Both the position numbers and the translations under genes were made by a program. DNA of 64,000 nucleotides, taken from UHGV virus genome UHGV-1351068, one strand, 5' to 3'. Position 1 is the first letter of the stretch, and every line of letters starts with the position of its first letter. A model generated the notes under the pieces. That model saw only the letters and a list, made by a program, of their open reading frames with translations, was not told where the DNA came from and did no database searches. This DNA comes from a virus. Of this stretch, positions 1 through 11,900 are shown piece by piece.

Positions 1-34
1 GGATAATAATTAGACCAAGTTAAAAGTGCATACA

Positions 35-214
35 TTACTTACGTTTCCAGCTATAATGAGCCAACATTAGAAGCACTGCAATTGCTAATAAAGATGATTG
101 CAATGCTGCCAGTAGTGCACCTAGTCCTACACCCAAAGTAACATAATCATACTTAGTTACTTCTTCACGGTTTAAATCATAGTTTTTGATGAACCATTGC
201 TTAATCTTTTTCAT
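35..214 (-). CDS. small hypothetical protein (59 aa) with a hydrophobic C-terminal helix. Below the 60-aa threshold of the ORF track.
   Basis: Hand-translated: MKKIKQWFIKNYDLNREEVTKYDYVTLGVGLGALLAALQSSLLAIAVLLMLAHYSWKRK, ATG at 214, TAA at 35-37. Follows the ORF at 201..380 in the same early transcription unit. Confidence 0.35.
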   Translation of the reverse strand: MKKIKQWFIKNYDLNREEVTKYDYVTLGVGLGALLAALQSSLLAIAVLLMLAHYSWKRK

Positions 215-380
215 GCGCTATTTTATCCATTATGAAAGAAATGATACCCATTAGAAATGCAACACTTAACACTGATACTGTTTCAGGAAGAGACATAAAG
301 GCTGCACCGATAATGCCAAAACCCAATGCTCCCATGCAGATAGTTGATGCAACATTTCTAATTAATTCACAACGTTTCAT
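201..380 (-). CDS. small hypothetical membrane protein (59 aa)
   Basis: Hand-translated: MKRCELIRNVASTICMGALGFGIIGAAFMSLPETVSVLSVAFLMGIISFIMDKIAHEKD. SD GAGGAG lies 6 nt upstream of the ATG at 380. Immediately downstream of early promoter copy 1. Confidence 0.4.
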   Translation of the reverse strand: MKRCELIRNVASTICMGALGFGIIGAAFMSLPETVSVLSVAFLMGIISFIMDKIAHEKD

Positions 381-392
381 TTTATTCTCCTC

Positions 393-441
393 AAGTTGAT
401 AGGGTTATAGTATCACTACTACAACCCGTTGTAAACAACTT
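393..441 (-). promoter_or_regulatory. T4-type early promoter within a stem-loop cassette (PeSL-like copy 1)
   Basis: Minus strand: aaagTTGTTTACA-N17-TACTATAAC. Flanked by the inverted repeat AAGTTG/CAACTT, then SD GAGGAG and the ATG at 380. Confidence 0.55.
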
Positions 442-455
442 TGTGAAATAAATTT

Positions 456-1143
<688 letters not shown>

Positions 1144-1147
<4 letters not shown>

Positions 1148-1881
1148 TTTTGAATTCCTAATATAGTGTTGATTTTTGAATAAAGCTCTTCTAGAGAACC
1201 GTCGTTAGTTATTACGATATCGCCTTCGCGAATCGGAAGTCCACGCTCTGTGACGTGAGTATCTTTTTTAGAACCTTCTTGCTCAGGACGAACTACATGA
1301 ATAACTGTAGCACCCATCGCCCTGGCTACATCAAGTTCATGGTCTTGACGAGTATCTGGTACAATGAAATAATCATAATCACCAAAAGTATCAGCCATAA
1401 CCAAAGTAAATCGTTTTACCCAATACATGCGATCGAGCTTATCACAGACAATGTCAGTCCCAAGGGTCTGCATGAGACGACGAATTGACCATGGCTCAAC
1501 AGGTTTATTTATTACAACTTTACGGATGACTTCCATCGTATCACCGTCAAGTATTTTACGTTTGTTATCATAAACCACGCCAGGTAAAGGCAAATCATGA
1601 TGGACGTATTCAATGGCATTCGCCATAATACGAATCACGTCTTTAGTAGACAGATTTAAATCCTGCTCACGATCGTAATCAATACCTTCAATCATTGACC
1701 GAGTAATGCGAGGAAACTGACGTGATGTATCGCGATACCACTCAGTAAGCATTGCATCAGCCAACGCATCTTTAATTGGACCTGCTAACTGATGCTTTGT
1801 TGCGTTATAGTTATCCATAATGTAGTCAGCAGTTGTATCTTTGCCACTACGTTTTTTACCAATCAAAAATAAAAGCTTCAA
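1144..1881 (-). CDS. 1: dNMP kinase gp1
   Basis: 245 aa. N-terminus LKLLFLIGKKRSGKDTTADYIMDNY matches the T4 gp1 P-loop start. The start codon appears to be TTG, with SD GAGGT 8 nt upstream. Confidence 0.88.
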
Positions 1882-1885
1882 ATTA

Positions 1886-2488
1886 TTACCTCATAGAAGG
1901 ATGCATTCCCATAACTTTCTGTTGATACTGGGATTCGCGAGTATCATTGACAGAAGGTCTACCAGTAATTATTATACCATCTTTTTCAACTTCAATGTAT
2001 TTGTACTGCAAAGTTGCTACACATACCATTGCTGGGTCGGATTCTTCGGTTAAAGAATACTCAATTTCAGATAAATCACTCACCCAACCCCCGATGTAGC
2101 GGACAGTTAATACTATATCATGTTTATCGTTATCAAGAACATGCATTAAAACTGCACCAGGAAATCCTTCACCGCCGTTATTCCATCCAGACTTGTCTCG
2201 GTCAATGTAGTTTTGACAGCTTAACATCCATTTGTACATTTGTACCCATGAATCAAGGTTTTCGTCTACTAAAAATCTAACAGGAACAGCGTCAAATTCA
2301 AAGGTAGACCCAGGCAATTTAGCACGGTGCATGCCTTGCGGCGAACCCACAGTATCAGTAGCAGGAATATGAATTCCAGGAACTACAGCTGTTTGAAGAT
2401 TAGCTTTAAATGCTTGGGTGAGGCCCCCGTCAGGGACCTCTAATATAAAGTTAGTTGTGTTAGTTTGATTAAACAGTCCAGTAGACAT
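1886..2488 (-). CDS. 3: tail completion and sheath stabiliser gp3 (start trimmed to the MSTGLF Met)
   Basis: Position between genes 1 and 2. The trimmed start overlaps the gene 2 stop as TAATG. The 5' extension in the track would run into gene 2. Confidence 0.75.
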   Translation of the reverse strand: MSTGLFNQTNTTNFILEVPDGGLTQAFKANLQTAVVPGIHIPATDTVGSPQGMHRAKLPGSTFEFDAVPVRFLVDENLDSWVQMYKWMLSCQNYIDRDKSGWNNGGEGFPGAVLMHVLDNDKHDIVLTVRYIGGWVSDLSEIEYSLTEESDPAMVCVATLQYKYIEVEKDGIIITGRPSVNDTRESQYQQKVMGMHPSMR

Positions 2489-3327
2489 TATGATTTCCAT
2501 ACAGAAGTAGCAGAGTAGCGTTTGCCTTTCGACATGAACTGCTGCAGTGGTAACATGACTACATTCGCCCAATCAGCCGGTTTTATCTCAATTAAAGCAC
2601 CCTTTATATTACCAGGAATATATGCTTTAATCATTTTGTCAGCGCCAGCAAATCCTTTAACCTGGCTCCAGTTTATCTTTAATCTGGTCTTATTAGATAT
2701 CACTGGCGTATTAGCATACTGTTTCAGAAGTTCTTCTAAAAACTGCTGACGAGCCTTTGGCGGAATGTAGTGAAGGTTTAACCCATACATCAATGTGGTT
2801 GTACCTTGCTTTCCAAGACCAAGATAAACTATCAAAGGAAATTTATCCCAGAATGGAAGAGTGTCTTTGTGCTTAGCGTCATACATGTAAGCATATAGCT
2901 TTCCAGGTTGAGGCTTGGTTACAGAATGACCACGTATATTTTTCTTTATAGTTTCTGCAAACCATTTAGCAGATTTATTGTTTACTGCTGCGCCTTCATT
3001 ACGAATTTTATCTTTGATAGAGCTTCGAAATGAATTTACCATCACAAGAGCACGCTCTTGCTTGGTCATTTTATTAGCAGGTTTTTTCTGAATTTCTGCC
3101 ACTTTAACTGCAGCTTTAATTCTTGACGCATGACGAGCCATTGCTTTACTGAACGTAGCAGGATTTATTCCCTTGCTTTCAGCGAACGCTTTAGACGTCA
3201 TTCCTTTTTTACGAGCAGCAGAGTATTCAACTCCTAACGCTACCCATTGATTTTCATTACGGGATTTAGCTTTAGGTGATTCTGCGGCTTCAGTGATAAA
3301 TTCGAATATAGCCATCAGCCTTTCCAT
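2488..3327 (-). CDS. 2: DNA end protector gp2
   Basis: 279 aa (T4 gp2 is 274 aa). Conserved [23 protein letters not shown] region. Synteny 3-2-4. Confidence 0.85.
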   Translation of the reverse strand: MERLMAIFEFITEAAESPKAKSRNENQWVALGVEYSAARKKGMTSKAFAESKGINPATFSKAMARHASRIKAAVKVAEIQKKPANKMTKQERALVMVNSFRSSIKDKIRNEGAAVNNKSAKWFAETIKKNIRGHSVTKPQPGKLYAYMYDAKHKDTLPFWDKFPLIVYLGLGKQGTTTLMYGLNLHYIPPKARQQFLEELLKQYANTPVISNKTRLKINWSQVKGFAGADKMIKAYIPGNIKGALIEIKPADWANVVMLPLQQFMSKGKRYSATSVWKS

Positions 3328-3764
3328 CCTAATTTTTTAAGTGAATCTTCAGTAATTAACCTAAATTCTATACCCATTTTGTTGGCAGTTGCTTGAGCTG
3401 CTTTCCACTTATCCACATTTACAGACCATGTATAAATTTCATCAATGTACCGTTTCTTCGCTGATGTCGTCAACTTTGTGGGTTTGACCGGAGGTCTAGT
3501 TTCTTTCTTCGGCTTAACTTCAAAAAAGAACTGTTGACCATTAGAAAACTTAGCCCAGAAATCCATGAAATACCGGCGTTTCTTTCCATCTGCATTACTA
3601 AAGTATGGAATGACTACCTCTTCGCTGTTCCATTGAACTACATCTGGATGATTGTCAAGCCATCTCATCATGTACTGTTCCCACGTAGAACGATAAGTAA
3701 TCTTTCTGAAGTCGCCTTTATATTTGTGGAGATTCTGCGGCATGAATTTGCCGGAATATGCCAT
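3315..3764 (-). CDS. 4: head completion protein gp4
   Basis: 149 aa (T4 gp4 is 150 aa). Synteny. SD AAGGAGG upstream. Confidence 0.8.
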   Translation of the reverse strand: MAYSGKFMPQNLHKYKGDFRKITYRSTWEQYMMRWLDNHPDVVQWNSEEVVIPYFSNADGKKRRYFMDFWAKFSNGQQFFFEVKPKKETRPPVKPTKLTTSAKKRYIDEIYTWSVNVDKWKAAQATANKMGIEFRLITEDSLKKLGWKG

Positions 3765-3775
3765 AGTGGCCTCCT

Positions 3776-3801
3776 TATAAATACTGTTATTAATATTTAT
3801 A
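3776..3801. promoter_or_regulatory. pair of interdigitated divergent late promoters for gene 53 (+) and gene 4 (-)
   Basis: TATAAATA at 3776-3783 on the plus strand. Its reverse complement at 3794-3801 is the minus-strand copy. Each lies about 30 nt upstream of its start codon (gene 53 at 3814, gene 4 at 3764). Confidence 0.65.
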
Positions 3802-3813
3802 AGAGGATAAACT

Positions 3814-4452
3814 ATGCTCTTCTCATTTTTTAGTCCGATAGATTATTCTGCAAAGACCGTAAAAGGTGCTAAGGCAAAAGCTATCCCAACCGCTGACATA
3901 TTTCGTAATTATCGCAAATATTTTGACACTGTGGCAGAAAACTATCTTTTACAAACATATTACATAAGTGGAGCTCCTAGACCAGAAGAATTAGCATATA
4001 TTCTTTATGGAAATAGTCAGCTGTACTGGATTCTTTTAATGTGTAATAATGTATATGACCCGTTTAGAGATTGGATTAAAACCCAGGATGCATGCTATCA
4101 ATTTGCGCAGCAAAAATATGCAGATGTAGGTGGAGACCAAATACTCTATCACGTGGATGCGTATGGCAATCGCTATTACAATCTCGAGCAATATCCTGAA
4201 AATTCAGGTGTTTGGTATGATAAAGGGGACTTTAATCATCAGTATCCTCAATATACTGGTGCTTTGGCTGGTGTTGACATTTACGAAGATTCTATTATAG
4301 AAAATGAAAAACTGCGCCAAATAAACATTATCAATCCTAGTGATATTGAGGCATTTCTTTCTGATATTATACGAGAAATGGAAAAAGCACCTGACAGCGA
4401 ATACGAATCAGGCCGATACAAATCCCAGACTACCATCGGAGAAGTTTTATGA
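3814..4452 (+). CDS. 53: baseplate wedge protein gp53
   Basis: 212 aa. Position between genes 4 and 5. ATGA overlap with gene 5. Confidence 0.78.
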   Translation: MLFSFFSPIDYSAKTVKGAKAKAIPTADIFRNYRKYFDTVAENYLLQTYYISGAPRPEELAYILYGNSQLYWILLMCNNVYDPFRDWIKTQDACYQFAQQKYADVGGDQILYHVDAYGNRYYNLEQYPENSGVWYDKGDFNHQYPQYTGALAGVDIYEDSIIENEKLRQINIINPSDIEAFLSDIIREMEKAPDSEYESGRYKSQTTIGEVL

Positions 4453-6179
4453 TTGAAATGAACGATTCATTAAAATGGTTTACTGGTGTTGTTGAAGACA
4501 GACAAGACCCGTTAAAGCAAGGAAGAGTGCGAGTACGTGTTTACGGGCTTCATCCGTTTGAAAAGGTACAAGGAGCTATAACTGGTCTTCCTACCGAAGA
4601 CCTTCCTTGGATGTCAGTGATTCAGCCTACAAACTCAGCTGGAATTTCTGGAGTTGGCTCATCCATAACCGGAATGGTTGAAGGAACATCTGTATTTGGC
4701 TTATGGCTTGATGAATTCAAAACAGCAGGATTAGTAATAGGAACATATTCTGCGCATAGAAAAACGAAGCCAAACTATACAGAAGGATTTTCTGACCCTA
4801 CAGGTCAATATCCTAGACAGGTCGGGTCAGATACCAACCCACTAGTTCAAGGCGATGAAACCGGGTATAGTGCTGTACCAAATATCATCCAAGATAGAAA
4901 CTTGGATATTGGCATTAATCCTGACGATGCTGACCTAAGCGATATTCCTGAAGACCCAAATCCTGCAATTACAATAACAGATATGCTTAATAGGGATGAA
5001 GGTCTTAGATTGAAAGTCTATTGGGATACAGAAGGATATCCTACTGTAGGTATTGGACACCTTATCATGGCACAAAAAGTACGTGATATGTCTGTCATTA
5101 ATAAAACTTTATCTAATCAGGTTGGTCGTACTGTTACAGGAAATCCCGGTATCATTACAATGGATGAAGCAGTTGCACTATTTAAGAAAGATCGTGATAA
5201 AATGCTTTCTGACATTAAAACAAATTCACGGGTAGGACCGGTATATGCTAAAGTCAACAAATCAAGGCAAATGGCTTTAGAAAATATGAGTTTTCAAATG
5301 GGTGTAGGTGGATTAGCAAAATTTGGTAAAATGCTTGATGCCATGCTCATTGGTGATTGGAAAACAGCCTATACTGAAGCAAGAAACTCCGTGTGGTTTA
5401 ACCAGACAAAAGGCCGTGCTTCTCGTGTTTCCATGATTATTCTAACAGGTAATATGGAATCATATGGAGTTCCTGCGCCAAAGCCAGAAGGAAAAAACCT
5501 GTCTGCGGCTTACGCAGAACCGAAGTCTGGTGGTAATCCTGAAGACCCGTGGACCCCAGAGGATTCAAGAATTCTTTTCAAAGAGCCCGAATCTTCATAT
5601 AATGGTCAATATCCATATGTGCATACGATGGAAACAGAATCAGGCCATATCCAAGAATTTGATGATACACCTGGCTATGAACGCTATCGTATTGTTCATC
5701 CAACCGGTTCATATGAAGAAGTTGCTCCTGATGGACGCCGTACCAGAAAAACTGTAGCCGATTTATATGACATGACTCAGGGTGATGGAAATATTTTAAT
5801 CTCTGGGGATAAGAAGGTTAACGTTGGAGGGAACGAGACCTATTATAACATGTATAATCGTCGACAGCAAATTGATGGCGATAACATGCTTTATGTACGT
5901 GGAAATGAAACTAAAACGATTGAAGGAAATGGTACTATTTTTGTCAAGGGTAACATTAAGATAGTCGTTGAAGGAAATGCTGATATACGAGTCAATGGTG
6001 ATGCCACTACTAAAGTAGATGGCAACCACGACGTGACCGTCGGTGGTAATTTAACTTGGCAAGTAGCAGGTACTGTGAATTGGAATGTTGGCGGGGCTTG
6101 GACTGAGACAATGGCTTCTATGAGCTCAATCGCCCAAGGTCAATACACTGTTGATGGTTCACGAATTGATGTAGGTTAA
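4449..6179 (+). CDS. 5: baseplate hub and tail lysozyme gp5
   Basis: 576 aa (T4 gp5 is 575 aa). T4-lysozyme-like motif DMLNRDEGLRLKVYWDTEGYPTVGIGHL. C-terminal VxGxxxxx beta-helix repeats. Confidence 0.95.
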   Translation: MIEMNDSLKWFTGVVEDRQDPLKQGRVRVRVYGLHPFEKVQGAITGLPTEDLPWMSVIQPTNSAGISGVGSSITGMVEGTSVFGLWLDEFKTAGLVIGTYSAHRKTKPNYTEGFSDPTGQYPRQVGSDTNPLVQGDETGYSAVPNIIQDRNLDIGINPDDADLSDIPEDPNPAITITDMLNRDEGLRLKVYWDTEGYPTVGIGHLIMAQKVRDMSVINKTLSNQVGRTVTGNPGIITMDEAVALFKKDRDKMLSDIKTNSRVGPVYAKVNKSRQMALENMSFQMGVGGLAKFGKMLDAMLIGDWKTAYTEARNSVWFNQTKGRASRVSMIILTGNMESYGVPAPKPEGKNLSAAYAEPKSGGNPEDPWTPEDSRILFKEPESSYNGQYPYVHTMETESGHIQEFDDTPGYERYRIVHPTGSYEEVAPDGRRTRKTVADLYDMTQGDGNILISGDKKVNVGGNETYYNMYNRRQQIDGDNMLYVRGNETKTIEGNGTIFVKGNIKIVVEGNADIRVNGDATTKVDGNHDVTVGGNLTWQVAGTVNWNVGGAWTETMASMSSIAQGQYTVDGSRIDVG

Positions 6180-6181
6180 TC

Positions 6182-6685
6182 ATGGCTGATATACTTCCTA
6201 TTAATACAACGTTACGCGAAGTAATAGAAGGTGAATATGTTGAGCAGTACTTTACTGCTCAATTATCTACCAACGAAACATTAAAATCAATAAATATTAT
6301 CGACTATCAACCAGTATCTGATATCTCTGTGTCTGAAACCTATTATAAAGGTAATTATAACTCAGTTTTTACTTTTGGAAACGATGTGCTTAAATACCGT
6401 GAAGGCGATGAGCTAAAGTCCGCTTCAGCGTGGGAGGATTTACCTAATCCCAAAACTGCTGATTTATATTTGTGGAAAGCCCCCAGAACACTAGAGAAGA
6501 CATTTACCTATACAGTTGAGATAATATATACAGTGACAGAAGAATCGTCTGGAGGTTCATCCGGAGGTTCTAGCGCTCCAATCATAACAGAACATAAAAA
6601 GCAAAAGATTTACTCTCAAACCGTTAAAGGTAACTGGAGCAGATGGGGCGACCAACTTCGTGCTTACGTATATGCGGGGAATTAA
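6182..6685 (+). CDS. 5.1: gp5.1-like protein
   Basis: 167 aa. Position after gene 5. Contains an SSGGSSGGSS linker. Confidence 0.55.
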   Translation: MADILPINTTLREVIEGEYVEQYFTAQLSTNETLKSINIIDYQPVSDISVSETYYKGNYNSVFTFGNDVLKYREGDELKSASAWEDLPNPKTADLYLWKAPRTLEKTFTYTVEIIYTVTEESSGGSSGGSSAPIITEHKKQKIYSQTVKGNWSRWGDQLRAYVYAGN

Positions 6686-6979
6686 ATGGCTGGTCTTTCA
6701 TATGATAAATGCGTAACTGCCGGGCATAGTGCGTATCCTCCGACAGAAGTAAATGCTACACAAAGCAAAGTATTCACTGGTGGAATAGCGGTATTAGTTG
6801 ATGGCGACTCAATTACCCCACACACCAAGACGGTTGACCCTCATGATACGCATGGAGGAGTTGTTCAACCTCGCACATCCAAGGTATTTGTAACAGGCAA
6901 AAAAGCTGTTCAAATGGCCGATCCAATTTCTTGTGGCGACACTGTCGCGCAATCAAGCTCAAAGGTATTCATACACTAA
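6686..6979 (+). CDS. 5.4: PAAR-repeat spike tip protein gp5.4
   Basis: 97 aa, the same length as T4 gp5.4. Position between 5.1 and 6. Confidence 0.7.
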
Positions 6980-8946
6980 TGGCTATTAAAGAACCTTTAA
7001 ATTATCAGTTAACGCGTACTGCAAACGCTATCCCAGACGCATTTACTGGAGCAACATTTGATGAAATCAAAAACCAACTTATTAACTGGCTTAGCGGTCA
7101 AAAAGAGTTTCAGGACTTTGATTTTGCTGGTTCGCGTTTAAACGTGCTATTAGACTTATTAGCATATAACACGCTTTACATACAGCAATTTAGTAATACT
7201 GCTTTATACGAAAGCTTTATTGGAACAGCTAACTTGAGAAGTTCCGTTGTTCAAGCAGCTCAGCAAAACGGGTATTTGCCAAGTTCCAAATCAGCGGCTA
7301 CTGCGTCTATTATGCTTGAGGTAACTCATCCAAATCCAGAGCCAGCAATAAAAATACCTCGTGGAACCAAGTTTTTAGCATATGCGCGGGATTCATCAGT
7401 AGACCCATACAACTTTGTTGTTACTGAAAATGTTATTGCGCTAAGAGATACTTCAGCACCAGAAGGAGTTAATAGGTATCTTCCTATTGTCAATTTGGCG
7501 CAGGGACGTATTATTCGTACTCAGTTGTCATATGACCCGAAGAAACCTATTGTTATTCGCGACCAATCAATTGACCGCAAGCAGGTTAAGCTGTGGGTGG
7601 ATGGCGCTGAATGGACTAACTGGACAGACCGATCAATGGTTCATGCTTCGTCTATTTCAACAATTTATTATATGCGTGAAACTGTCGATGGAAATACAGA
7701 ATTCTTCTTTGGTGAGGGTGTGGCAGAAGCATCTGTGGCAGGAGGAGTTCTTGAAAGCAACTTCATTGGTGGATTAAAACCCACTAAAGGCGCGCAAGTC
7801 GTTATTGAATATATTCGTACTGATGGTGAAGCTGCTAATGGTGCGACTGATTTCAGCTATGCTGATACCCTGCAATATATCGTAGTAAACAAAATCATCG
7901 AAAACTGGTCGGATTCTCCTGACTACGTTGGAGCTGATGGCGGTGGGGAACCTGAAGACATTGAACGTATTCGCGAATTAGCACAAATTAAGCGTGAATC
8001 TCAAATGCGTTGCGTGTCTAAAACTGACTATGAGTCATTCGTTAGCTCGCGATTTGGTTCTATTGTGCAAGCAGTACAATGCTTTACCGACCAAGATAAG
8101 CCAGGGTATGCGTTTATTGCAATTAAGCCAAAATCTGGACTGCAGTTAACCGCTGTTCAAAGAGAAGACATCCAAGATTATCTTCGTCCATTCTGTCTTG
8201 CTCCGATTACTCCTTCGGTAATGAGCCCAGATTACTTATTCATTCGTCATAATATTAAAGCTTCTTATGCATTGAATAAGTTGCAAGAATCAGAGCAGTG
8301 GTTACAGTCAAAAATTATAGACTCGATTAATAGATATTATGTTGATGAAGTTGAAATGTTTAACAAAAATTTCAGTAAATCTAAGTTGTTGACTTACATT
8401 GATGACACTGACCACTCAATCATCGGTTCTTCTGTGGATATTCAGATGGTTCGTGAAATTGTCAACTATTTCACTCTTCCTAGCGCAGGTATTAAATACT
8501 ATAATACTATTACTCCGCGGACGTTACGTTCTGGTGATTTGGTCTTTACTGTTACCCCAACTGCTGAACCGTATTCAGTTAATATCGTTGGAACTGACCC
8601 AGATAAAAATGGCAAAGGAAATATGGTTATTGGACCATTTAAACCAGGCGATATTAAAGAGAATACTCATATCCAGCCATATACTGAAAACGATTTTGAT
8701 AGAACTACCGTCGGCGAAAGAACTCGCTGGTATAAAATCGGTGAAGTAGATTATTATGGTGATAACATTTACTGGAGTCTTGGAGCCATTGGAGCCGATC
8801 CTCTTCAGTTTGAAGACCAAAGTATTGAGCTTTATTCTACTCCTACCCAGGATATCGTCTTCGCCCGCGATGGAACACTTATCGTATTTGAGAATGACCT
8901 TCGTCCTCAATACACAACTATTAAATTGGAGCCTATTACTCAATGA
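6979..8946 (+). CDS. 6: baseplate wedge protein gp6 (start trimmed to [10 protein letters not shown])
   Basis: About 655 aa from the trimmed start (T4 gp6 is 660 aa). Start overlaps the 5.4 stop. Synteny. Confidence 0.88.
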   Translation: MAIKEPLNYQLTRTANAIPDAFTGATFDEIKNQLINWLSGQKEFQDFDFAGSRLNVLLDLLAYNTLYIQQFSNTALYESFIGTANLRSSVVQAAQQNGYLPSSKSAATASIMLEVTHPNPEPAIKIPRGTKFLAYARDSSVDPYNFVVTENVIALRDTSAPEGVNRYLPIVNLAQGRIIRTQLSYDPKKPIVIRDQSIDRKQVKLWVDGAEWTNWTDRSMVHASSISTIYYMRETVDGNTEFFFGEGVAEASVAGGVLESNFIGGLKPTKGAQVVIEYIRTDGEAANGATDFSYADTLQYIVVNKIIENWSDSPDYVGADGGGEPEDIERIRELAQIKRESQMRCVSKTDYESFVSSRFGSIVQAVQCFTDQDKPGYAFIAIKPKSGLQLTAVQREDIQDYLRPFCLAPITPSVMSPDYLFIRHNIKASYALNKLQESEQWLQSKIIDSINRYYVDEVEMFNKNFSKSKLLTYIDDTDHSIIGSSVDIQMVREIVNYFTLPSAGIKYYNTITPRTLRSGDLVFTVTPTAEPYSVNIVGTDPDKNGKGNMVIGPFKPGDIKENTHIQPYTENDFDRTTVGERTRWYKIGEVDYYGDNIYWSLGAIGADPLQFEDQSIELYSTPTQDIVFARDGTLIVFENDLRPQYTTIKLEPITQ

Positions 8947-11900
8947 CAATTGCACCGTTCGTCACCAGCTTACGAATTCATAAGCTATCTGCGAATCAGG
9001 TCAATATTCGTTGGGATGACGTTGGTGCAAACTTCTACTATTTTGTAGAACTGGCCGAAACTCGAAACAGAGCGGGGGAAGTTATCCCCGCTGATAACTT
9101 GAGTTGGTCTTCACTGGGTTATACCGCGGATAATGATTGGTTCGAACAAAATCGTATTGAACCGCTTACTTATTATAAAATGCGTGTTCAAACTACGTCA
9201 GCAGGATTTGAACCGTCTGAATGGGTTGAAACAGAAGAGTTCCAAACTTTTGAAGAAAACGCATACACATTTGAGCACATGCAAGAATTCAGTTTAGTGA
9301 AAGAATTCATTAAGCAGAAGTTTTCTTTAAATAACATGTCGTATGTTAACTTCAACACATCTGCCATGATGGCATCTTTGATGACTGAGTCTTTTCAATT
9401 TAGTCCTGAATATTCTCATTTGTCAGCTATTGAAAATTTCGTAGTAGGCGAATCTGGATATCATGAAATTCAGGGACCTATTGAAGCAGTCTGTGTTGAT
9501 AAAAATAGAACCATGCTAGGAGAAATAGACGGAATTTTGTATCTGTTTGAAAGATTCCAACATATGGTTAAAGTATCAAACGATAAAGGACAGAACTGGC
9601 AATACGTTCAGTTATTTAATGACCGTGTAGGAAATCCTGTTTCACGAGTAGTCATTTATCAATCAAGTACCACATCATATGTTTTAGGCTATGATAAAAT
9701 CTTTTACGGAAGAAAATCATCTGACGTACGCTGGTCATCAAATGAGGTTAAATTTAGCGATAACGAAGTCACGTTCGCTAAATTGGGAGACCAGTTAAAA
9801 CTGGGATTTGAAGTAGAGTTATTTGGTACATATGCATCACTACCTGCTGATGTTACCAAATATGCAGAAGCCTTTACATGCAATGATGACCACTTATATG
9901 TAGTTGCAAAGGATACAGTACGCAGAGTTAAATTAAAAGATGCTCCAATAGACACTGACCCTTTAAGCCCTACATTTGGTGAAAAAGTGTTCGAAAAAGA
10001 AGCATCTCATATAACAGGCAATCCTAAATCTGTATGCTTTAAAATGGATTCTGTCGGAGGCAAAATCTTCGCTCTTATTACCGGAGAAGTTAAAACCTTA
10101 GGATTAGACCCAACAGACCCACGGAATGTTGTGGATTCTGCAACTAAAGGCGTCTATGTTTACCAGGAAGGCACAAATACTTGGAAGCGTGTATTTGGTA
10201 ATACCGATGAAGAAAAACGTCGTATAGAGCATTTATGGACGTCTATGTCAACTGACGGAAAGGAAATATTCTTTTCATCAGCTAATTTTAAGACAACAGA
10301 GTACGCTCAGGATATTGAGCTTGAGACGAAATATCCAGAACTAATTTCTACTGCAGTTAAAAATGTTAATCCAATTCAGTATCACTCTGATAAGCATTAT
10401 CACATGATGAGTTTCAGAGCAGATGAATTTTCAAGATGGGAAACATTTGTTCCTGGACCTATGAGGTTTTATGCTGAACCTTGGTTTGTCTGGATGGCTC
10501 GTGAAGGTAACAGATGCTGGATAAGTACAGCTGACCATGCAGTTGTCATTTATAATGATATTCTTTATCAAAAAAGAGTAGATGCAGCGGCACAGGGAAC
10601 TACCGAGCGTGTTCTTTCGGAAGTGTGGGATAAAGGTGACGCAACGTTTTATTGCCCTCCAGTTTCATTTAATGGATTTTTGCAGTATGCTTCTGGTATC
10701 ATGTTTCACGAGACAGACGGAAAACTGATAGGCTATTACGCATTTGATTACCGTGTTCGTGACCAGGTAACGCTTAACTGGAAACCAACTGATGTAATGT
10801 TTAAGGCGTTTCTGCAGAACCAAACCCGTGAAGAAGATTGGACACCTGAACATACTCCAGGCTTACGTGACCCAGATTTGCGTCCGTATCTTACTAAAAT
10901 GATGCCGGATAGTTACTTGCTACAAGATAGTAATTTTGAGCACTTTTGTAAGTACTATCTCCAATTCCTTTCAGACGGAAATGGAACGCATTACAACAGT
11001 CTCGTTAATCTTGTTAAGAACAAATATCCTCGTGAAGAAAATGCATGGGAATACCTGTGGTCAGAAGTTTATAAGCGCAATATTTATCTGAGTAAAGACG
11101 CTCGCGATGCTGTCGTCCGTTTCTTTGAAGCGCGCAAGAATGATTTCTATGCTACCAAAGGAATTGAAGACTCATACAAATTCTTGTTTAAACTTCTTTA
11201 TAATGAAGATGTTGAAATCGATATTGAGTCAAAGAACACTACCGAATATGACATTATTGTTGAAAGTACAAATATTTCTGACGATTTAGTTGGTCGTACG
11301 ATTTATACTGCTTCCGGTCGTAGTAATGTGACTTATATCGAGAGAGAATACCGGGATGGTCGTCTGTTATGGCGTATTACTATTCATAACTTATCAGGAC
11401 GGTTCATTGAAGGCCAGGAAATTAAATCAGAGCGTACGGACTTTGAGGGTATTATAGTTCAAGGTGTTCGTGGAAAGGATATGCTGAGTAATAACATTGA
11501 TTATATAAACCGCAGCCGTTCTTACTATGTTATGAAAATTAAGTCTCAGCTTCCTACTTCTCGTTTCCGCGACGATGTATTAAGGTTTGTTCATCCGGTA
11601 GGTTTCGGTTTCATTGGTATAACATTGCTGACAATGTTTATCAATAGTGGCTTAAATATGAAGCATGTTGAGACTATCATAAATAAACTCAAGAACTATA
11701 AATGGGATGCAGGACTGCCATCAGTTTATCCTGATAGAGTTGCTATTATCGCTTCAGATGATACAATAGAAAGAGACCCAATAACCAATGAGCCTAGGTA
11801 TTCTTCACGTGCTCAAGCTGGTGAACCTTTCCCGTTACCTGCTAACTATAATCAAGAAAATAACAATAGTGTTATCGCTGGACAAAACCCTGGACAACGA

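Noticed and set aside
1255-2280. Plus-strand ORFs (77, 70 and 88 aa) overlapping genes 1 and 3
   Set aside because: They lie on the strand opposite conserved minus-strand genes. They are A/T-rich low-complexity translations with no start signals.
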